Below are positions 37,329 through 46,912 of a stretch of 64,000 nt of DNA, in pieces. The DNA lies in IMG/VR virus record IMGVR_UViG_3300034683_000192, positions 96,001-160,000 of that record; one strand, written 5' to 3'. The notes beneath the pieces are model-generated. The model ran no database searches and was not told where the DNA came from. It saw only the letters and a list, made by a program, of their open reading frames with translations. The DNA comes from a virus. The position numbers and the translations under genes were made by a program. Numbering within the stretch: the stretch's first letter is position 1; each line of letters begins with the position of its first letter.

Positions 37329-38570
37329 CTAAAATGCGGCTCTGCTGCGATAACCACGACGATAATCGCGATCGTCGTAATCTTCGCGAGAATCGCGTGC
37401 CCACGATTCGCTCGATCTGCTGTAACTCCTACGACGATCGTAGTCCCGATCATCTCTGTAATCACGTCGATCGCGGTAGTCTCTACGACCACGGTCACGA
37501 TCTCGGTAATCTCGATCATCACGGTCATCGCGGTAGTCCCGCCGTTCCCACGATGCTTCTCGCCGGGGTTCTCTTCGATCATCGCGGTAATCGCGATCAC
37601 GCTCACGTGGATCGCGGTCGCGATCTCTGTCACGATCATCTAGAGGATCCCTCAGCGATTCTCTCGGAGGAGCAACCTTTCTGGTAGCGACAGGCTTTTC
37701 CATCTTGTCCTTGACGGACTTTCCGAGGCTGATCGAAGATGACCATTGACACATCTTGTGATAGATGTCGATCCTCGAAAGATGCGGTTCGATGAGTTTC
37801 AGATCACCGGAAATATCCAGATCTCGATCACTCACCGCATCCTCGGTGGTAATTTCGACTGCGACTGCCAGAGCAGACCACGCTCTGAACCACACGTCCA
37901 GATAGGTACGCAGTTGCGGGCAGACGAGTTCAGTTGTCGTAGCCTGATAGACCTCAGGTACCGGCTTGTCCGTATCGAACAGAGCACGTACGAGATCCTT
38001 CAGTACTGCCCAGGTCTTCTTGCGGACCTTGGTGGACGGAATCGCTTTCTGATAATCCTCGGAAGGATCTTCGATCCCAAGGATCAGTTTGGTAGTCTTG
38101 GTGGTGGGATTGTAGTACAGCGAGCAGAACCCGTCGTTGCACTTGTCGAGGATGTAATCGAGTTCGACGATCATCTTCGCATCAGCTCGACCAGCGACCG
38201 CTTTCGTGTACTTCACGAGATCCGGATACGGGCACGGCTCTTCGGTGCTTGCGAACTTGAGGATGGTCTTGATGACTGACCCGAGATTTTCGCTCAGGAT
38301 GACGCTGAGCACACGATAGAACCAGTTTCTGTCCGCAGACGCAGTAACGCCTTCCGCGAACGGGTTGATGATCACTGCATCCGGATGATCCGGATTCACC
38401 GTATAGGTGTAGAGAATGCCTGTAGCATCTCCGGCGATCTGTACCTGGATGGGGTCACTCTGTGATTGGACCCAATGGACTTTTCCGGTGGCGTCGACGA
38501 CGAGGTGACCGCCAAGTTCAAGAATGCCAGTGATGAAGGACTGGACATCCTTGTGGGTAAATTCAGCCAT
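37329..38570 (-). CDS. Core-block protein with ~100-aa Arg/Asp mixed-charge C-terminal tail
   Basis: Globular N-terminus, then DDRDRDRDRDPRERDRDYRDDRR...RDYDRRRSYSRSS...; AGGAG RBS. Confidence 0.85.
   Translation of the reverse strand: MAEFTHKDVQSFITGILELGGHLVVDATGKVHWVQSQSDPIQVQIAGDATGILYTYTVNPDHPDAVIINPFAEGVTASADRNWFYRVLSVILSENLGSVIKTILKFASTEEPCPYPDLVKYTKAVAGRADAKMIVELDYILDKCNDGFCSLYYNPTTKTTKLILGIEDPSEDYQKAIPSTKVRKKTWAVLKDLVRALFDTDKPVPEVYQATTTELVCPQLRTYLDVWFRAWSALAVAVEITTEDAVSDRDLDISGDLKLIEPHLSRIDIYHKMCQWSSSISLGKSVKDKMEKPVATRKVAPPRESLRDPLDDRDRDRDRDPRERDRDYRDDRREPRREASWERRDYRDDRDDRDYRDRDRGRRDYRDRRDYRDDRDYDRRRSYSRSSESWARDSREDYDDRDYRRGYRSRAAF
37345..37650 (-). repeat. Imperfect RD/RDY codon repeats (low complexity)
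   Basis: Repeated CGCGAT/GATCGT/GACTAC units encoding RD and RDY; not a CRISPR array. Confidence 0.8.
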
Positions 38571-38597
38571 GTGCTGGTTCTCCTTCTCCAGATGTAC

Positions 38598-40136
38598 TTA
38601 AATGCGATATGAGTTGGCCATGTCGTCCATGGTCCCCACGTAACTTACGAGGGTATCCAAACTTTCTGCGTTGTGTTCTTTGTGCTCCAAGCTTCCCACC
38701 ATCGGAGTGATGAGCGGAGCCATTGCCCCATGATGAACCAGCCATCCATCTGCATCGTCGTCGTAGTCGAGCAACTGCAGCTGCATGACGGTGTAGTTGT
38801 TCATGGTGAAACTCACAGTCAAGTCAAAATGCCCGCAGTGATGCAAGACGAGACTGAAGAGATCTTTTTCGATATGAGTAAGACAAGCTTCCCACTTCGC
38901 ACGTACTGCATCAGGGGATTCCTGAATCATCGTACCGAGCATCTGAACTTCGACGATAGGTTGGTCATCCAACCGTGAAGTTGAGACAGGATTGCATGAG
39001 CAGTAACGGAACGCTACGTCACACAATCCGTAATACGAAAATGCCGAAGGCATGTTTGCTTGGAGGAACGACGACCAAACCTGACGCAGCGATGGATTAT
39101 GAACTCCATCATCCACTTCAAGCGGAGCATCGAATGGGATCTCGAATGTATGGATGTTGTTGCGCAAGGAAGGATATTCCCTGAACAGTTCACCGAGTGT
39201 GACCTGCTTGTTGACATCGAGCCCGAACTGTAGCGTAGGTACGCCATCATCGATGTTTCGCAGAACGACGCTTCGGTCAAGATCCGCAGTATCGAATCGG
39301 TGATGCGAATGAAGTCCGGATACTCCACCGATATTCGAATTGTGCAGAGCACGAAGACCCTTGTACACTGTGTCGAGCTGTCTGACAGGACTTCGAACAC
39401 TCGTATCGATGAGATGTGCACCGGGATGAATTCCGGAATCTATTCTGGAATAGAAATCCGTATCCATGATCGTCCCATCACCAGCAGATACCTTCCCATT
39501 GAGAAGGGTTTTCGGAGTGAGGAGATAATCTCGATTACCACCGAGCTGCGACACACTGGAAGGAAGAATCACATCGGTATCTTGCGCAGTACGCAAGACG
39601 TCAATGCTCCCAGCAGGACGAGCAATGGAGTTTACCGAACCATGCGTCATGTGAGTGATCAGCAGAAGCGCTTCATCGTTGAACGTTCTTCTGCCGAAGT
39701 TTTCTGTGTAAGGAGACGCATCCCCATTGATGGGAAGAACGTATCCGATATAAACCAGCCGAGAGTTTGTCCCACGTTCACCTCGGCGACTACGAATCGG
39801 TGCATTGTCGATGGTCAGCATGAACGACCAGAGTTCTTCGTAATGTCGTTGGGACACACGAATGGATCTGCTGGAAGGGAGAATCACGTGAGGCGTTTCC
39901 TCCACTCCGAGAATTCCTCTGGGAGCTGCATCACCGATACTTCTCGGATCTCCATCGAGATAGTCGGCAACTTTCGAGATGTAGTCATGATCGAAGTTGA
40001 ACAGAGACGGACGTATTGCTACTTCCGGCAACTGCTGCGCAGGAAACAAGTAGAGAACTGCGTTGCTCTTACTTGTCGACCAGGTCGTACGTCCTACAGT
40101 ACGGCTAGGTCTCATACGGTCTTCGATTCCAAACAT
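38598..40136 (-). CDS. Conserved Chimalliviridae core protein (positional counterpart of phiKZ gp70)
   Basis: 512-aa ORF, second gene after the gp68-like subunit; assignment by synteny. Confidence 0.6.
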   Translation of the reverse strand: MFGIEDRMRPSRTVGRTTWSTSKSNAVLYLFPAQQLPEVAIRPSLFNFDHDYISKVADYLDGDPRSIGDAAPRGILGVEETPHVILPSSRSIRVSQRHYEELWSFMLTIDNAPIRSRRGERGTNSRLVYIGYVLPINGDASPYTENFGRRTFNDEALLLITHMTHGSVNSIARPAGSIDVLRTAQDTDVILPSSVSQLGGNRDYLLTPKTLLNGKVSAGDGTIMDTDFYSRIDSGIHPGAHLIDTSVRSPVRQLDTVYKGLRALHNSNIGGVSGLHSHHRFDTADLDRSVVLRNIDDGVPTLQFGLDVNKQVTLGELFREYPSLRNNIHTFEIPFDAPLEVDDGVHNPSLRQVWSSFLQANMPSAFSYYGLCDVAFRYCSCNPVSTSRLDDQPIVEVQMLGTMIQESPDAVRAKWEACLTHIEKDLFSLVLHHCGHFDLTVSFTMNNYTVMQLQLLDYDDDADGWLVHHGAMAPLITPMVGSLEHKEHNAESLDTLVSYVGTMDDMANSYRI

Positions 40137-40154
40137 GCAGAAGGCCTCCGTGGG

Positions 40155-41384
40155 TTATTGTTCAACGAGAGATTTGGATACCAGCGGAACGATCGCGAAA
40201 TCCGCGTGGTAGATGAATTCGAATACATTCGTGCGCATCGTAATCAGAAGTTCCCCATCAATGACAAGGAGTTCGATACGGAGCACTTCACTGGCTTCTT
40301 CGTCAGAATGATCGAGAAGTTCCCCTATACCAGCAGAAGCATTGATTTCGTCAAATGTATCCTGAATGACACCTTCGACGAATTCGCTGTTAAGTAGAAA
40401 CTCTTCGACTTTCATCAGGAAGCTGATTTCTTTGGCTTCCGTGGTCTGAATTTTCTGATAAAGATTCGAGAGAACTGTCTCATCCTGAACCTCGTTCCAT
40501 GCATATCCATCGAATCTGAACGCAATCTTGATCACGTCGTATCCCGACGAAATAAGAATTTCGTACAGATCCATGAATCCGCTGATCTCGGTAATACCAC
40601 TCGAAGGAATTTGTGCGAGATTCTTTTTGACCTGCATCGTCTCTCGCAAATCGATCCATTCATTGTCCGTACGAATTTCCGGACAAATCTTTTCTTCGAT
40701 TTCTTTCGGAGAGATAGATGCTTTCTTGGTAAATTCCGAGAAGATGAGATTGTGACTCAGATCAATCGCAGGGGTTTCCACGATTTTGTCCAGCAACTCG
40801 TCGAGATGATCTTCACTATCGAATATACCATCTCGCAACCTCACATTCATGAGGTGTGCACGATCTTCGATTTCGTATGGAACTATTACTGAATCGCACA
40901 TCCCGGAATTTTCCAGTATCGATGTGATTCGTGGAAATCTTGTCAATTCTGCGGTAGGATGATATTCGAGAATACCTTCGCGTACCTTTCGAAAAATATG
41001 CTTTGCTCTGGGAATCACTTTACGTGTTCCGGGCTTGCCGTATAGCCGTCTCACTGCGTTGATGCCATGGATATTCAGGTACGGCAATGCCCCTGTATCC
41101 GAGGCCGTCCTTGGGTATACCAAGGTCATCACAGGATAAATCCTGTCAGCGAAACGCTCCGTAGATTCTGCAATTGCGATATGCCTCACGAGTAGATCAT
41201 CGACGATGTGCGTAAACACATACTTATCGAGATCGACTTCCGTCTCGAATCTTCCTCCGATCATGTATTCTGCAGCATGCCGAAGAAAGCTGAGAAAGTG
41301 GTTTTGCTCTCTCCAGATCCCGGTGAGGGTTTCCAGAGATAAACCACCAGCATGAAAGATTGGGGTTTTTCGAACAAGGATCAT
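40155..41384 (-). CDS. Positional counterpart of phiKZ gp69 (PicA/Imp1 nuclear import factor candidate)
   Basis: 409-aa ORF overlapping the stop of the gp68-like gene; assignment rests on synteny only. Confidence 0.5.
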   Translation of the reverse strand: MILVRKTPIFHAGGLSLETLTGIWREQNHFLSFLRHAAEYMIGGRFETEVDLDKYVFTHIVDDLLVRHIAIAESTERFADRIYPVMTLVYPRTASDTGALPYLNIHGINAVRRLYGKPGTRKVIPRAKHIFRKVREGILEYHPTAELTRFPRITSILENSGMCDSVIVPYEIEDRAHLMNVRLRDGIFDSEDHLDELLDKIVETPAIDLSHNLIFSEFTKKASISPKEIEEKICPEIRTDNEWIDLRETMQVKKNLAQIPSSGITEISGFMDLYEILISSGYDVIKIAFRFDGYAWNEVQDETVLSNLYQKIQTTEAKEISFLMKVEEFLLNSEFVEGVIQDTFDEINASAGIGELLDHSDEEASEVLRIELLVIDGELLITMRTNVFEFIYHADFAIVPLVSKSLVEQ

Positions 41385-42976
41385 TCGATTTTTCCCTTAA
41401 CGTAGGTGAATGAGACAAATTTCATGAGGTCGATCATGATCTTCTGGAAATCATGAATCGCTACCCCATTCTTTCCTTCAGTTCCTATCATCTCCCACAC
41501 GGCAGGTGCAGTATTGTACGTCATGGTTCGTTGAACCAGAGTCGATGCAATATTTTTGAGTTTGGCATTCCACTCCTTCTCGCCGAATCCGGCAGGGAGA
41601 AGTTTCTTGCACTCAGTATACTCAAATGCGTTTTGCCATGCGTTATTGAAAATCAGATCCGATGGTTGAGATTCTCTCGGGGTCTCTGTCAGGTTTGCTG
41701 TCAGAATGTGTGCCAGTGTAGCACTACCCGAGGATGCCAAAATGAACTGGAAAGTGGCAGCCATATCACTTACCACAGCAGCATTTAGCATCGAAATTCC
41801 TGATCCTCCCCCGATCATAGGTCCGTAGTACATCGAGAGAAGATAGAGAGAAATGTCGTGGATGATCACCGGATTTCTTCGATAATACGCACGAGCAGAT
41901 TCAAGCATTTCAGGATCAATTTCTTCATCCCTTGCTACTTTCTTCCACACGTTATTTGCCACGACTGAAATGATGATAGGAGTATCCGCAGTCTTTGCTG
42001 ACTGTCTGGATTCTGCTTCCATTCTGGAAGTATTCCCTTCATCTTTTTCTTGATCGACTGGGTCAGTGATAATCTTTGCTGCGTTATTCGCAGCAATGTT
42101 CTTTTGTTGTGAATCAGCTGCACCTGTACCACAGCATGCGAGATACTTGATGATATTCCCATCTTCTTTGTGAAGAGAGACACACACGAGCCGTTTTACG
42201 ACTGCTGTATCCACTGCATGTCTGGCTGCACGTGCCAACGTGTTGCCGTTGTACATTGCAGTGGCATCACCTTTGTGATAGCCACTGACGAGTTTGGTGA
42301 GATAGCGATGAAGCTTCAGCAGAAGCTGCTGATACGTACGAGAATGAAGTTTCGTCAGAATCGCACGTGCGTGTGATTCTTTATATTCGTTGTCGATGAC
42401 TTTGCTGTACTTGAAAATGAACGCTCCCATGATAGGAGAGATGAGTTTCATGAATACCGCAATAGCAGTCACAAGTACTGCTTCATCGTGGTGAAATGTC
42501 ATCTCCGGAGTATCTTGAGGGCGAGAACCTGCATCATCCATCTTAGCGACAGGAATGCAGTCTTTGACGTAAGTCTCAGTTCTTTTGCAGAGGTTGATTT
42601 CTCGATCCAACCGATCGAGAATATCTCCTACTTTATCTTCAACTTCTTCGATGTCTGATGCATCATCTGCACCATTGCGAATGAGTAGATGCGATTCGAG
42701 AAATGCATAGGCAATCTTCTCATGTTCTTCGACTGTGAATGATCTCAGGAAATGATTCACTGGGTCGTAGGCGACTTCTGGACCAGTCCCTATATCTCCG
42801 GACTCAGGATCATATTCCCTTCTGCGTGTGGTGAATGCAGAAAACGTCCGAATGTTGAAGAGCATGAGTTCTTCAATACCAGGAAGATCCGGTATTTCAA
42901 ACCCACCACACACCATCCGGATGTATGGGTTTTGTGAGCTAAACCCATCCACAGGTTCAAAATGCAGCATGACCAC
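41381..42976 (-). CDS. Non-virion RNAP specificity subunit (phiKZ gp68-like, sigma-like)
   Basis: 531 aa, helical, in the expected position after the SbcD/SSB genes; size and position fit gp68. Confidence 0.65.
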   Translation of the reverse strand: MVMLHFEPVDGFSSQNPYIRMVCGGFEIPDLPGIEELMLFNIRTFSAFTTRRREYDPESGDIGTGPEVAYDPVNHFLRSFTVEEHEKIAYAFLESHLLIRNGADDASDIEEVEDKVGDILDRLDREINLCKRTETYVKDCIPVAKMDDAGSRPQDTPEMTFHHDEAVLVTAIAVFMKLISPIMGAFIFKYSKVIDNEYKESHARAILTKLHSRTYQQLLLKLHRYLTKLVSGYHKGDATAMYNGNTLARAARHAVDTAVVKRLVCVSLHKEDGNIIKYLACCGTGAADSQQKNIAANNAAKIITDPVDQEKDEGNTSRMEAESRQSAKTADTPIIISVVANNVWKKVARDEEIDPEMLESARAYYRRNPVIIHDISLYLLSMYYGPMIGGGSGISMLNAAVVSDMAATFQFILASSGSATLAHILTANLTETPRESQPSDLIFNNAWQNAFEYTECKKLLPAGFGEKEWNAKLKNIASTLVQRTMTYNTAPAVWEMIGTEGKNGVAIHDFQKIMIDLMKFVSFTYVKGKIE

Positions 42977-43065
42977 TCCTGTCTTATCTGTCGATCCTAC
43001 ATGGACCGTGTCGCGCTCATGTCATATTCAAAGCATGTCGGAATTTACATGATCACTCCAAGTAG

Positions 43066-43073
43066 GTAATATA
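43066..43073 (-). promoter_or_regulatory. TATATTAC promoter motif upstream of the gp68-like operon
   Basis: Exact motif. Confidence 0.6.
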
Positions 43074-43077
43074 TACC

Positions 43078-43629
43078 TTACTCATTGTTGGGTTCGGTAC
43101 GTATTCTCTTTTTCAACTCACGAAGAGTATCCTCTTTCGACAGTCCGAGTTCTTTTTCAAGATACTCGAAATTTTCCATGATCTGAGAAATGAATTTTTC
43201 GCGAATGGTTTGGAGAAGGTTCGTCGACGACGTACGTTCTCCCAAAAATTCAGTTGAAAGTTCATTAGGATCACACCTACGTCTGGTATGCATGACTTTA
43301 GCTATGGCAGCACCGACTTCATGAACCGCAGAAATCGTCTCAACTCCTTTGGAGATATCGTAATAAAAATTCAATGATACACTTATTCCATTACGGATTC
43401 GGTGCAGATCGTCGAGAGATAGTTTTTCCAATTCAGCCAATAACCCATCGATGGACAACAACGCAAGATCGCGATATTTGGTTATCCCATCTCCGAATTT
43501 GAACGCACACACTTCATCCAGTAACTCAACGCAGATCAATTGGTTTAGGACTACTGGGTCCAGTATTTTCCATTCTTGCGTTGTGCTTACCAACACACTT
43601 GGTCGACTCATTTGATCTCTCATGACCAA
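43078..43629 (-). CDS. Hypothetical protein
   Basis: 183-aa ORF. Confidence 0.65.
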   Translation of the reverse strand: MVMRDQMSRPSVLVSTTQEWKILDPVVLNQLICVELLDEVCAFKFGDGITKYRDLALLSIDGLLAELEKLSLDDLHRIRNGISVSLNFYYDISKGVETISAVHEVGAAIAKVMHTRRRCDPNELSTEFLGERTSSTNLLQTIREKFISQIMENFEYLEKELGLSKEDTLRELKKRIRTEPNNE

Positions 43630-43641
43630 TCTCCTGTACAG

Positions 43642-43965
43642 CTATTTCGTGCGTGATTTGCCGTTGCAACAAGACGATGAGGTAACTTCTATGACCGCAT
43701 CAAGAACTCGTGCGTAATTGGGCAGCGTCGTTCTCGGTACTGCCATCACAAGACTACATTTTACGATATCTGCATCGACAGGAGATAGAGTCTTAAGATA
43801 CTCGACCATATCGCCACGTGTCTTAACTTCTAAGTCCAGATATTTTGTCTTTCCATCTCCAACGCAGAAAAATACTTCGTCCTCTCCGACAACTATCGTC
43901 GGTTCTCCATTCGAAGGTACATACTCTCCCTCTATTGCTATCACATCTTTGACTTGAAGTTTCAT
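43642..43965 (-). CDS. Hypothetical protein
   Basis: 107-aa ORF with AGGAGG RBS. Confidence 0.7.
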   Translation of the reverse strand: MKLQVKDVIAIEGEYVPSNGEPTIVVGEDEVFFCVGDGKTKYLDLEVKTRGDMVEYLKTLSPVDADIVKCSLVMAVPRTTLPNYARVLDAVIEVTSSSCCNGKSRTK

Positions 43966-43977
43966 TGGTATTCCTCC

Positions 43978-44592
43978 TTACCATTTGTTGATTCGTTTAT
44001 ACCTACGATTATGCATCGATTTCAATCGATTGATCCGTTTCTCTTCTTCGAGAGGATCATACGCAGGCTCTTCACATTTCGGACAGCGAAAGACCTGCGC
44101 TTGGTCTAGCGTCGAAACAATAGAGCTTCCTCTGAGTTTGGATATGGACATACCCATGTCAGAATTTCCAATAACCAGGACTCCACCATTTGGGAATTGG
44201 TACAGCTCATTACACTCGTCGGTTTCATGATCGCTAGATTTGTACTGATTTTCCATTTCTTTGGCAACTCGATCAAACTCATCTTCAGTGAGAATAACGA
44301 CTTCGTCGCAGATGTCGTGTACTATCGCAGTGTGCATGAATTTGATCATAAGCATCGTGTTGATGATCCCAGACTTCCCACATTGTCGGATTACCGTAAC
44401 ATCGTCCGTGTTCATGGGATCTGCGACTACACGACCATTTTCATCGATTACAGAAATGACCTGAGTATTTTCAGAATCTACTGAAACCGATTTGAGATAT
44501 TTACTCTCGTACGTTCCGTTGTAGGCTTCCTCCAAACTGACCGGTCCGAGAATTTTCTGCGCATCTACGGTCGTAAATATGATTCTGACCAT
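43978..44592 (-). CDS. Hypothetical protein
   Basis: 204-aa ORF with GGAG RBS. Confidence 0.7.
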   Translation of the reverse strand: MVRIIFTTVDAQKILGPVSLEEAYNGTYESKYLKSVSVDSENTQVISVIDENGRVVADPMNTDDVTVIRQCGKSGIINTMLMIKFMHTAIVHDICDEVVILTEDEFDRVAKEMENQYKSSDHETDECNELYQFPNGGVLVIGNSDMGMSISKLRGSSIVSTLDQAQVFRCPKCEEPAYDPLEEEKRINRLKSMHNRRYKRINKW

Positions 44593-44605
44593 TGGTATAT
44601 CTCCA

Positions 44606-44881
44606 TCATTTGGTGATCAGTGAAAATGCAACAACCCCAGTCATTATTCCAAGCATGCATGAACCTATCCCAGACACAACACGTGCTTCATGCATCTCGA
44701 TTGTTTCTTTCTTAAGCCGTCGGGTTATCATCGACAATACCCCAGCAGCGAACGTACCGAGTGCTATTCCGGTAAGAATCGTCACTGGCTGAAAATGATC
44801 TTCCACCAACAATCCCAGAGTCAGCATCACTGCATACGGAATACAAAGGAGTGATGCCGAATATACGTTTATTGCATTCAT
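44606..44881 (-). CDS. Small membrane protein
   Basis: Three hydrophobic segments. Confidence 0.6.
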   Translation of the reverse strand: MNAINVYSASLLCIPYAVMLTLGLLVEDHFQPVTILTGIALGTFAAGVLSMITRRLKKETIEMHEARVVSGIGSCMLGIMTGVVAFSLITK

Positions 44882-44909
44882 ATCGGCTCCTTCGGGTGTC
44901 TAGCGTATC

Positions 44910-45266
44910 TTAGATTTCGTAAAATACAGAGATAATCGCCAGACAGACAAAGGCGATCGTATTCATGAGATCCACTGGATCACTTCGTTCAAAGTCATCG
45001 TTCACGTATTCAATTACGGAAACAATTCCCGTAGCCATTGCAAATATGTAAAGGAGTGTTGTTGACGCATTGACGATATATTTACCACTCATCATACCCG
45101 ATCCGACAATACACAGGTATCCGAGTACACCACTTACCCAGAATCTGGTATAATTGGAACTGTCTTTGTGCGTGGTCTGGTACCACAATTCCACGATGGC
45201 ACCAATGATGAAAATTACAATACCCATGGTGTGAATGGGCTCGATAAGAAAAGTCACGTCAATCAT
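44910..45266 (-). CDS. Small multi-TM membrane protein
   Basis: Four hydrophobic segments; AGGAG RBS. Confidence 0.65.
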   Translation of the reverse strand: MIDVTFLIEPIHTMGIVIFIIGAIVELWYQTTHKDSSNYTRFWVSGVLGYLCIVGSGMMSGKYIVNASTTLLYIFAMATGIVSVIEYVNDDFERSDPVDLMNTIAFVCLAIISVFYEI

Positions 45267-45320
45267 GCTAAACTCCTGTCAGTTAAAGGTTATAGTAAAC
45301 TTACAATATATTTTTCGATA

Positions 45321-45351
45321 CATCCTAGGGCCCTTACGGGACCCTAGGATG
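45321..45351. terminator. Hairpin
   Basis: CATCCTAGGG...CCCTAGGATG. Confidence 0.65.
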
Positions 45352-45369
45352 CGGAGTTTCTTCTGGTAA

Positions 45370-45993
45370 CTAGTAGATCATGTCATCAAGACTGTCATCC
45401 GCGGCTGTCTGTTGCGCGGGAGGAGCAGATGGAGCAGAAGAACCACCAGAATTCTTCGATGCATTGGATCCACCACGAGGCGGCTGAACCGTACGGCACT
45501 TGATCGCGACGATTTCCCACGACGACATGATGAATCGGCACAGTTCCTTCGCGGATCTGCGGCTGCGTACCGTGGGACTGTTGTCTTCGGATGAGATCTC
45601 GACAGCACTGTTACCCTTGATCGGAAACAGTTCAGGAGCCTGTCCTTCGAAAACAACTTCGATGAAGATGATGCCGTGTTCATCCTTACCGAGGATGATG
45701 GTACAGTCTCTCTTGTACGTAGGACGCGGCTGAGCCTGAGCATCCCACTTCGACAGAATGATAGACGTCTTGGCACCGGGTGCTGCAGTCAGAAGAGCTT
45801 GCATGACTTCGCCCATAGCGAGACGAGTTTCATTCGCGATGACAATGCTCTTCGGACGTTCACCACGGCCTTTTCCCTGAAAGATCGTGAGAGTGGTATT
45901 TCCATTCCATGCGCCGAAGTGGAGTTCAGACTGCCCACTCGCGCTGCGGAACTTACGGACACCATTCGGATTGAAATCTCCGACATTGGCCAT
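45370..45993 (-). CDS. Putative single-stranded DNA-binding protein (core block)
   Basis: Beta-rich domain, G/S/P/A linker and acidic aromatic-ending tail (DDSLDDMIY), typical of SSBs. Confidence 0.55.
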   Translation of the reverse strand: MANVGDFNPNGVRKFRSASGQSELHFGAWNGNTTLTIFQGKGRGERPKSIVIANETRLAMGEVMQALLTAAPGAKTSIILSKWDAQAQPRPTYKRDCTIILGKDEHGIIFIEVVFEGQAPELFPIKGNSAVEISSEDNSPTVRSRRSAKELCRFIMSSWEIVAIKCRTVQPPRGGSNASKNSGGSSAPSAPPAQQTAADDSLDDMIY

Positions 45994-46003
45994 GACGTAC
46001 TCC

Positions 46004-46912
46004 TTAGAATTTGACCGTAGTAAGCATAGGTCTCATGACAAGACCAGATGCAACAGCATCCTCGATTATTGATGCTTCAGATCGAGAAATCCATCGGTGG
46101 GATTCTGCTCTCTCTAATAGCAGTGCCTTAGTCTTTCTTTTTGCCATTGGTTCCACGAGGATATTGTCACCGAATAGCAAATGTGTAGCTGAGTTAAATG
46201 GGACGGTATCGACCTTAAATACCTTTTTCCCAAAGCTTTCCAGAGATTTGATTTCTCCGGTAAAACTCTCGATTAGTGTAAACTTTTTGACATACCGTGC
46301 AAGATGAAGGTCGACGGCTTGTCTGCTGATCATCCCAATTCTTAAATCGAGGAGACCTAGCGTACTTTTGATTTTACCTAAAGTCATTTTCTCTTTGATG
46401 CTATTCATCACAAAAGAGAAAATATCCTGATGTGGAAAAGTTCTATTGGTTCCGGCATGCATAGTCACACATGTCATATTGCCGAATTGTGTGGCAACAT
46501 CCGGTTTCATCGTGCGAGGAAAGTGCGCTTTTTCTATATCTTGTTGAATCTTAAGGATCCTGAGTTGTTCTTTGTTCGGAATTCTTCGATGTACATTAGG
46601 AAGCGCATCGTAGTGTGGAACATACAGCACAAAGTGCGGATATGGTGAGGATACGCTAAGTACCTCTAAGTATTCATGGAATGCGGCTATGATGTTATCG
46701 ATATCCTCGAATGTCCATTTTGCAACTTCATCGTCTCGCGTACCCTTACCGAGATTGTTCCTGATGAGGGTATCGAGATTTACCAGAATAACATCCCACA
46801 CTGGAGGATTTCTTCCAAATGCCAGAGATTTCAAAGTATCCAGAATTTTGAAGGTTCCAGTACCTCGAATTTTATCTGGTTGCGAATTTTCGAACATCAT
46901 GGGATTACTCAC
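46004..46912 (-). CDS. Conserved core protein, possible 5'-3' exonuclease/RNase H-like fold
   Basis: VNLDTLIRN, HLARY...LIESFTG, ATHLLFGD; lies directly after the SbcD-like gene. Confidence 0.55.
   Translation of the reverse strand: MSNPMMFENSQPDKIRGTGTFKILDTLKSLAFGRNPPVWDVILVNLDTLIRNNLGKGTRDDEVAKWTFEDIDNIIAAFHEYLEVLSVSSPYPHFVLYVPHYDALPNVHRRIPNKEQLRILKIQQDIEKAHFPRTMKPDVATQFGNMTCVTMHAGTNRTFPHQDIFSFVMNSIKEKMTLGKIKSTLGLLDLRIGMISRQAVDLHLARYVKKFTLIESFTGEIKSLESFGKKVFKVDTVPFNSATHLLFGDNILVEPMAKRKTKALLLERAESHRWISRSEASIIEDAVASGLVMRPMLTTVKF

Noticed and set aside
37329-37700. Possible CRISPR array or tandem DNA repeat
   Set aside because: The units are irregular, have no constant repeat/spacer period, and are explained by RD/RDY codons in an open frame.
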